Below, piece after piece: positions 39,125 through 49,100 of a stretch of 64,000 nt of DNA; position 1 is the first letter of the stretch, and each line of letters begins with the position of its first letter. The translations under genes and the position numbers were made by a program. The DNA is from Nitrospirota bacterium (GTDB taxonomy: Bacteria > Nitrospirota > UBA9217). Where the stretch lies: positions 96,001 through 160,000 of the forward strand of contig CAVVUN010000009.1 of NCBI GenBank assembly GCA_963751455.1. Direction: 5' to 3'. Below the pieces are notes generated by a model. The model was not told the DNA's origin and did not search any database. It was given only the letters and a program-made list of their open reading frames with translations.

Positions 39125-39532
39125 TCAGGGGAGAGCGGAACTGACGGGTCGTTTATATTTTATATTAATTTCATATGACAGGCTCGCATGTGTCATGCCT
39201 CCAACGCCGGCCATCTTGTTTTTACCGTGACAAAAAATCTTTCCTTTTGTCGAATTCTTACGCTTTTTAACCATGTCTGCAACGACGGGAGCCAGATCAA
39301 AACCACCTTCAGTGCATTCCTCGCGCATGCAATTGAGGTGAAAATGCGCATAATTGCTTGGCAGGAAATTAAGGGTTCGGGTCATGAGCAGCCTGTTCAA
39401 AGTAGACTGGTAATATGTCATGTGAAATACAATGCTCGAAACACCGGAATAGCGTTCTGAAACAAGGCCGGCGGCCAGTTGATTGCTCCTCGCAATCTCC
39501 TGTTTTTCCTTGTAACTTGGTTTGTATGTCAT
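39125..39532 (-). CDS. Hypothetical protein with possible metal-binding Cys (CMREEC...FC)
   Basis: AAGGA before ATG 39532; the upstream extension in the ORF track looks non-coding. Confidence 0.6.
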   Translation of the reverse strand: MTYKPSYKEKQEIARSNQLAAGLVSERYSGVSSIVFHMTYYQSTLNRLLMTRTLNFLPSNYAHFHLNCMREECTEGGFDLAPVVADMVKKRKNSTKGKIFCHGKNKMAGVGGMTHASLSYEINIKYKRPVSSALP

Positions 39533-40028
39533 AGTCTTCCTTTCGGAACCTGTAAAGGGTGTAAATAAAAAAAGCCACAAAGACACATCTTTGCGGCTTT
39601 TCAATGTAACGCATTTTCCCACTTTTATCGTTAAAAAGCAAGAATTATCTGAGATATAAAAAGCATGTCGTTTTTTACCGGTGGACCGGTCTTTTTCGAT
39701 GTTTTTTATAAAAAGGGAGGCGTGCGATGCTATCAAAAACGCCGATTGTAACAGATTCGAGCAGAAAAGAAGATAGCGACTAAAGAAGATAGAGACTAAA
39801 GAAGACCGGAGAGCGCGAGGTGAGGGAAAAAACTGAAACGCGATCCGCAGCATAGATGTTTTTTAAAACGGATCTTAGACATCTGTTCTTAGACATCTGC
39901 AGCGCAGCTTGTTCCGCTCTATTGTTCAACTAATCGCAATAAACTGATGTTCGTTGTAACCAATTAACATTCATATGCATATAATTATACTACTTTCGAT
40001 CTAGCCTGAAAATACCCTGCCTTTTTGT

Positions 40029-40057
40029 TTGACAACCCCGTAAACTGATGATATAGA
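40029..40057 (+). promoter_or_regulatory. Sigma70-type promoter of the giant protein gene
   Basis: TTGACA-17 nt-TATAGA with TG extension. Confidence 0.55.
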
Positions 40058-40192
40058 AGTATCAAAGACAGATATCTAAATTATCAGATTTCGCCCACCT
40101 CTTTTTTGCATTTCTATCTTCTTTCGCGGTTATTGAACTAAATTGTTTCTCACAATAGCATGGAATTGCATTAATGCGCGGTTCTGTGTGCA

Positions 40193-43100
40193 ATGAAAGT
40201 TGCGACAAGCAACAGCGACATTATTCGTATAATAAATGGTAAACGGGAGGGAAAGATGCGCAACGACACCGGAGCGCTGCGAGCAAGAGGGGAGTTTCTC
40301 GCCACCTGGATGCGGAAAATGAAGGGAATGTGGAAGCTGCTGGCTTTAGCAGTAATAGCCGTGATGTTCACCATGGACAGCATCGCGCTTGCTGAAGGTG
40401 AACTGATCTTTACGGTCGCTGGAGGCTGGATCGGCGACGGCGCGCAGGCAACATCAGCTGCACTGGGAAGTCCTGCCGGCGCAGCCGTTGATGCCGCCGG
40501 AAATATTTATATTGCCGATACGCGAAATAATCGGATCAGGAAAGTCGATACATCCGGCATGATATCCACCATCGCGGGTAACGGAATAATGGGGTATTCC
40601 GGTGACGGCGGGCCGGCGACATCGGCCAGCCTGAATAGCCCGGAGGGTGTTGCAGTAGACGCAGCGGGGAACATCTACATCGCGGACATGAATAACAGCC
40701 GAATCCGAAAGGTCGATCCTGCAGGAGTGATTACAACCTACGCAGGAAACGGCACATCGGGATATTCCGGCGACGGCGGGGCCGCTTCAGCAGCCGCAAT
40801 AAACAGGCCGTGGGGCATAGGCATCGATTCCGCGGGGAATCTATTTATTGCGGATTCGAACAATAACCGGATCCGGAAGGTCGACTCGCTCGGAATCATC
40901 ACTACCGTTGCGGGCAGCGTAAGCTACGGTTTTTCGGGAGACGGCGGACAGGCTATATTCGCAGCGCTTTCGATGCCCCGCGGCGTTGCCGTTGATCCTT
41001 CCGGTGTTATGTTCATTGCGGACTGGAATAACAGCCGGATCAGGAAGGTTGATGCATCTGGTGTCATAACAACGTTCGCGGGAAACGGGATCCGCGCCTA
41101 TTCCGGAGACGGGGGACCTGCTCTCTCGGCAAGTCTATATTATCCCTCCAGTGTAGCAATTGACGCTGCACTGGGTATTGTATATATAGCAGACTCCAAT
41201 AACTATAGCGTCCGGGCCGTGGACCTTGCGTCCGGAACTATCACTACCGCGGCAGGAAACGGGACGACCGGGTTTTCCGGAGACGGAGGTCCTGCTGCCT
41301 CGGCCAATCTTGCTTACCCGACGGGCGTCGCTCTTGATGTCGGTGGCAATCTCTATATCGCGGACTCAAGAAACGCCCGGATACGGAAAGTCAATTCGTC
41401 CAACATTATTACCACAGTCGCCGGAGGATGGCTCGGTGACGGCGGGCCGGCCACAGCGGCAACAATCGGATCTGCGGGAGACGTTGCCGGTGACAGTTCC
41501 GGCAATATCTATATCGCCGAGATTTCGAATGGGGGCCGTATTCGAAAAGTGGACACATCGGGTATTATCACCACGATTGCCGGAAACGGGACCCGCGGGT
41601 ATTCGGGCGACGGTGGACCGGCAGACGCGGCCAGTCTTTATGCGCCGCAGGGAGTTGCCCTGGACCTCTCCGGAAACATATATATTGCCGACACCAGCAA
41701 CAACCGTATCCGGAAAGTTGATGGTGCGACGAGAGTCATAACGACCGTCACCGGCAATGGGACGGCTGCTTTTTCCGGCGACGGCGGCTCTGCCGTATCC
41801 GCAAGCCTTAATCGTCCTGCAGGCGTCGCTGTAGACGCTTCGGGTAACCTCTATATCGCCGACATGAACAACTATCGTATCCGCAAGGTGGATGCTGCGA
41901 CCGGGATCATAACCACGGTCGCCGGAAACGGCAGTTCATCCTATTCGGGGGACGGCGCGTCAGCTACCTCGGCGGGTTTTTACCCTGCCTCGGTGGCCGT
42001 TGACGGGAGCGGCAATATCTATATTCCTGATTATATGAACAACAGGATCCGGAAAGTGGACACGTCCGGGATAATTACGACGTTTGCGGGTAACGGAACA
42101 CGCGGATTTTCCGGCGACGGAGGAGCTGCGACGTCTGCGACACTGAGTTCTCCGCAAGGTGTCTCCGTTGATGGATCGGGGAACATCTTCATAGCTGATA
42201 CAGGGAATTATCGTATACGGGAAGTGGACACCGCAGGAATCATTACGACCGTGGCCGGAAATGGATTGGCGGGATATTCCGGGGACGGGGAAACGGCCGT
42301 TTCGGCAAGCCTCAACAGCCCTCAGGACAGTTACATTGATGCGTACAGCAATATATATATTGCAGACACAGCGAACGGCCGCGTGAGAGTGGTCTGGAGC
42401 GGCCAAACCGTGACATTGCAAGAGGTCGTGGTCGATTCATCAGGAAACCGTCTAGCGGGGGCATACATAACCGTAGTGGGGAACCCGTCTTTATCCGCAT
42501 ACAGCGACGCTAACGGAGTCTTTCAGCTGCCTGTTCCCCAGGGCATCCCGTTCTCGCACAGTATTGCCAAAATGGGATATCGTACTTTGTACACGAGCCC
42601 CCGCATGCTGACGGCATCAAGTCTCACCTATAGACAGAGAGTTCTGTACACCGACAGCGAAGTAGCTGCATGGGGAGTAAATCCGGGATTCAGCGCTATC
42701 CGGGGAAGGGTAATAGATTCATCAACCCATGAAACCATATACAATGCGTCTCTCAGAGCGGTCAGTACTTTAAACCCCGGGTTAACGTATTCCGTAATCT
42801 ACGATGATCTCTGCAGCACGGGCACCGGTACGCGTACCTGTTATTACACTGTGATCAATGTTGCGCCGAATGATCCTGTCATGCTCACGATATCAGCGCA
42901 GGGCTATATCTCCGCAGAGGTAATATATAATCCGCTGTCTGCCGATTCCGTGGGAAGTGCGATCACTTGGCTCACTAAGATCGCGGACAGCTCCAGCTAT
43001 ATCTCTACGCTCACCGGGACATGGACCAGTATTGCATCTACACAGACCGAAACGGTCAACATATCGGTGCGCAGCGGGACCTCGCTGTATACGGCATCCG

Positions 43101-46100
43101 GTGCCGTCTCCGGGCAGATGACCCTGTCGATGAGCCGGTTTCTGACGATATTGTCAGGCACGTATGCTCGATGGGGTTACCGGGTAGCCACTTATGATCT
43201 TGCAGGCTATCACGGAAACCACTACATGATCAGTGACCCGACTTTCAATTCGTCATGGGGCGTATTTACCGGCGATCTCAACGGCGTTTATATCAATAAT
43301 TATGGCGTGCGCAAGGTATATCTGACGAGCATTCGGGGAGTAAGAACGTCCGGTGTGATCGATTTAGTGCTCGACAGCACCTCTAACGGAACTCCGACAT
43401 ATTATAATGATACGGCCATACTTATACGGCACAACAGCAAGAGCGCAACATCGACAGGTTATTACAACGGGACCATCACGAGCGAGGATACCATTGTAGA
43501 GGTTGCCGTGACCGGGGACGGTTTTGCCCTCGCCTCCTACCAGTTGGATCTCGGCTCAGGAAATTCATACCATTATGCCTATACCGATAACACTCAGTCG
43601 CCTGCAAGGGCTTATCGGATAGGGATGGTCGACGGAGCGCTCTTCGGAACAAGGGCAATTGATTTCCTGGTACCGCCAACGACCGGTTCAACCTTCACCG
43701 GCGTGATGGAATCAGTTGATCCTGCGTACAGACCTGTCGCTGAGTATGCCTGGTACCGCAGGGACGTTCAATCTTCAGGGAACGGTTTGAACTCAATAGC
43801 GTACGGCAACAACATGTATGTCGCAGTAGGCGAAGTTGGCGAGATATACACCTCCGGCGACGGGATCACCTGGACCCAGACCATAGCGGGAACGTCCAAC
43901 GCGAACTCGCTTTATGGCGTGGCATACGGAAACAGCACGTTTGTCGCGGTTGGATATGCCGGGACCATACTCACGTCGACCGACGGCATAACCTGGACTC
44001 ACCGGACAGGCACAACGAATACGCTTTACGGCATAACATATGATGACGGGAAGTTCGTGGCTGTCGGCGCTAATGGTGCGATCCTTTCGTCGACAACCGG
44101 TATAGACTGGACCACAGCGGCTTCTACGACCATGTACGATTTGAGAACAATCAGCTTTGGGAATAACATGTTCATGGCTGCTGGCGAAGACGGTGTAGTG
44201 CTTACAGCTGTAGATATTTCAACCTGGATGGTCAGAAACGTCGGCAGAGACGCCGATCTCCGTGATGTAACGTATGGAAACGGCATGTTCACGGCAATCG
44301 GCGAAAAAAGCATTTTCACCTCCTTGGATGGAGGTATAACGTGGACGGAAATTACCCAGACGACAACGGACCAGTACGGCGCCCCCAGGCAGTTCCAGGT
44401 CATGAAAGGAATAGACTTCGCAAATAACACATTCGTCGTTGTGGGGAACAATTACCAGTATGTTTCCCAAGACGGTATAAACTGGGAAGAAATCCGTACC
44501 GGCGGACTTCTCAGGGGAATAGCATACGGCACCATGTTTATCGCAGTGGGGAACAGCGATCTTATAAAGTCCTCGCCTGAAGGAAGAACATGGACGACTC
44601 GTGCAAACTCTGCTGCTAATATACTTTTCGGCATTACCTATGGGAATAACAGATTTGTCGCGGCCGGCCAGTCTGGAGAAATTTTCTCGTCAACGGATGG
44701 AACTGTCTGGACCCAGGCAACTACCGGGATCACGAATAATCTCCAGTCGATCTCATTCGGAAACAATACATTCGTTGCCGTTGGTTGGAATCAATACAAG
44801 CAATGTGCTGCTCTTACCTCAGTCGACGGATCTACCTGGTCCAGTACGAACTTTGGTTCTTCCGTTCCTTGTTATCTCTACGGCGTTTCCTTTGGGAACA
44901 ATAGGTTTGTGGCCGTAGGGTTCGCGGGAATAATATACACCTCTCCTGACGGAACGGAATGGACTGCCGCAGTATCAGGGACTGCCAATAATTTGCAGTC
45001 AGTAAATTTCATCAACAACATCTTTTTGGCAGCAGGGGACAATGGAACCATACTGCGCTCTTCGGACGGTCTGACATGGACCACCGTCAGTTCAGGGTTT
45101 TCATCTACTCTGTATTCCGCGACATGGGGAAATAATACCTACATCATTACGGGTGCAGACAACACCATCCTTACGTCCCCGGATGCGAATACGTGGACGA
45201 GTATCTCATCGGCGGTGGCGCCGGCTGTGCTTTTTACTGTTACCTATGCAAATAATACGTTTATCGGTGGAGGAACGAACGGCGAGATTATTTCTTCTCC
45301 GGACGGGATAACTTGGACAAGAAGCCTGGATGAACTTACGGACAATCGAATACGGGGCATCGCGTATGGAAACAATTCGTTTGTGGCTGTCGGCGATGGG
45401 CACATGATACTGCAGTCCGGCACCGGGACGGCGGGAAATTATAGTATAACAGCTACGGCTGGTATGTACGGAAGCATCACCCCCGCAGGAGCAGTGAGCG
45501 TTCCGGCTGGCGGAAACCAGACGTTCACAATGTTGCCGAACCAGGGTAGCAGTCTGATGGATGTGCAGGTAGATGGCACATCGATCGGGCCGGTGAACAC
45601 GTACACGTTTTACAACGTAATGGCAAACCATACAATATTCGCAGCATTCAGCGCCCCACCAATGTACAGCATCACAGCAGCTCCCGGATTAAACGGCAGC
45701 ATAACGTGCAATCCGGTGACCGTAAATTACGGATCGAGTTCGACCTGCGCCATGACAGCGGATCCCGGGTATCACGTCGCAAGCGTGAGTGTGGGGCCGA
45801 CCGGCGGCGCCCTGAGCTTCGTGGGCGCCGTAGCGTCATACACCATCAACAATGTAACAACTGATATGACCATAGCGGCCGCCTTTGTCCAGAACCAGGT
45901 AACTCCGGGACCGCAATGGCCCATGCAGCGCTTCGATTCAAAACGGACCGGCCATAGCCCGTTCATGGGAGCTTCTGCCCCGGTGATAAAATGGATCAAC
46001 TCTCTGCCGGTCGTCAATACGGCCATAGGTTCTGACGGAACGATTTATGCCGGCGCAACTGATGGTAATGTATACGCGCTCAATCCCGACGGATCAGTAA

Positions 46101-49100
46101 AGTATGTGTATTACGATGTTGGCGTATGCTGCGCCGCGCCTGCCATCGGACCTGACGGAACGATCTACTTCTCAGGCTTTTCCGGCGGAGTCGGAAGGAC
46201 CGTGGCTTTGAACCCCGACTTTACGTTGAAATGGTCGTATTCCTACGGCATCTGCTGCGGTTCGATGACGATCGGACCGAACGGAACCGTATACATCACC
46301 GGCGGCGAAATCCACGCCGTGAACGCAGACGGACAGCTGCTCTGGATATTCAAACCCTCTGATTACGGTGACACAGGCACCATATGTGAAGCGCCGGCGG
46401 TGGGCACCGGGTCAGCCGGGACGTTGTTTGCCGCTACCAGGAATTACCTGTACGCCATAGACCCCGCAACCGGAAGCCGCGTATGGAGCGTCAATATCAA
46501 TCCGGGCGGGGATACCGCAATGCCATGCATAGGTCCGTACGTCTGGACCGGTTTTGTCTACAGCGCAGGAGGACAGTACGTACGGAGATTCTCACAGCAG
46601 GGAACACTGGCCACAGAGTTCTTCCTCGGCTCCGTATTTGCCGACAAATACGTGGCTGAGATCATGCCCGGCCTCGAGCCTCAGTCAGTGATCGCAGTTG
46701 CATACAGCATTCAGCCGGACGGAACGGGTTATACAGGCGGGACCGTTATCGGCCTAAGCTATGATTCCACGGCTAATTCGTATTCTGTGGCCTGGTCTAC
46801 AGCGATCCAGGGAGAACCTCGTTCCCTGGATTCCGTCAGCAGCCCCATCATGGACTCGTCCGGCAGGATTTATCTTCGGACGAGAATTCCAGAGGAGGCC
46901 GGGACTCCCTCGTATATGAATCTTTATTGCATCGACTCCCATGACGGCGCCCTTGTCTGGATGTATGAGACCGCGGTGGAGGCGCCCGACCCGTCAGATC
47001 CGATGGTGGGGATGAGACCCAATCTCTCAATTGATGTGGATGGGACGCTCTACAGCGTGGCTGGAACGCAGCGCACGCTCGGCGCTTTCAACAGCGGCCC
47101 GGTTGCCGTGCTCCCGATTAAGGCAATGGGAAGCCGCTTCGGAACAATCTCACCGTCGGGGACCGTGAGCGTGAATTATGGTGGCAGCCAGACATATTCC
47201 ATAACCCCGTATACCGGATATCATATATCCGATGTCCTGGTCGACGGAGCCTCAGTCGGGGCGGTTACGAGCTATACGTTCAGCAACGTTATGAATTCTC
47301 ATACCATCAGCGTGAGCTTTGCAATGAACACGTATACCATTACGGCGAGCGCAGGTACGAACGGCAGCATTGCACCATCCGGTACTGTGACCGCTTCTTA
47401 TGGAGGCATAGCATTTACTATTACACCGGATACCGGATACCATCCTGTTGTTTCCGGCACATGCAACGGTAGCCTGAGTGAGACAGGACCATACTGGTAC
47501 TCGATCGCCCCTGTCACTGCGGATTGTATTTTGGCTGTCTCTTTTGAAATAAACATATATACGGTTACACCCAGAGTCGAGAATGAAGGACAGACAGGAT
47601 ATCAGTTTGAGCGCATGTGGCCTCAGCTTGAGCAGCCCTGGTATTTCAAGCCCACGGGATTGGCTTCTGATGCGTCTGGCAATATATATATCGCTGATTA
47701 CGGCAGCAGCCGCGTTAAGAAATTTGATTCCAACGGCACTTTTGTGATGGAATGGGGTGGACCGGGAGCGGGAAATGGACAGTTTTCAGGCTTATATGGG
47801 ATTGCGGTAGACAACTTGGGATATGTATATGCGCTTGATTATTCCCGCGCGCAAAAGTTTGATGCCGGAGGCGGCTTCATTACGTCATGGGGTTCCTACG
47901 GGTCCGGTAATGGACAGTTTAATATGCCGCAAGGTCCGGCTATCGACTCCTCTGGGAACATTTATATTGCCGATACTTATAATCATCGTATTCAGAAATT
48001 CGATTCAAACGGCAATTATTTGACCCAGTGGGGTACGCTGGGCACAGGCAACGGAGAATTTGATACACCCCAGGCAATCGCCGTTGATATGCTTGGTTAT
48101 GTTTATGTAGCAGAAGCGGGCAATTTCCGAGTACAAAAATTTCTGTCCGACGGCACTTATGTTGCCCAGTGGGGTTCGTATGGAAACGGCAACGGACAGT
48201 TTACAAATCCGAAACGATTGGCTGTAGACGCTTCGGGATATATATATGTCGGAGATGTAAGCCGGATTCAAAAGTTTGATTCCAATGGAGCGTATCTTGA
48301 TCAATGGGGCTCTTCAGGTTATGGCAACGGTCAGTTCTTAAATATAATGGGATTAGCATTTGGTCCCTCCGGCATTTTATACGCTGCTGATGACCACAGC
48401 GTCCAAAAATTTACTTCGGACGGAATATATCTGGAAAAATGGAGATCTGACGGTACAGGTAATGGGCAGTTTTATAATCCACATAATGTTGCGACTGACA
48501 GATGGGGTAACGTGTATGTTCCCGATGCAGATAATAACCGTATCCAGAAATTTGATTCAAATGGAGAATATCTGATGCAATGGGGTTCAGCAGGTACGGG
48601 AGATGGGCAGTTTAGTCACCCCTCCGCAGTAGCTGTGGACGCCAATGACTTTGTATATGTTGCTGATTTCGGCAACTCTCGAATTCAAAAGTTCGATTCG
48701 AGTGGGATATATCTTACGAAATGGGGTTCGTTCGGCTCCGGGGACGGCCAGTTTTGGTTGGCAGAAGGTCTGGCTGTGGACGCCTCGGGAAATATTTATG
48801 TTGCTGATTCATACAACAATCGAGTTCAGAAATTCGACTCGAGTGGGACTTATCTCACTCAGTGGAGTACTTCCGGTTATCCCGAAGGACTAGCAGTCGA
48901 CTCCTCAGGTCATGTATATGTTTCTGATGCGACCAACCACAGGATTCAAAAGTTCGATTCGAACGGCATCTATTTAACGCAATGGGGTACAGCCGGAACA
49001 GGGGACGGACAGTTTATGAGGCCAAGAGGGCTGGGGCTGGATAACTCGGGGAATGTGTATGTCGCAGATAGTTATGATGACATTTCGAACAAAATCGACC

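Noticed and set aside
39533-39853. N-terminal extensions in the ORF track (also 22200-22262, 20960-21061, 33263-33322, 61546-61605)
   Set aside because: They run through intergenic, repeat or overlapping sequence; better-supported starts lie downstream.
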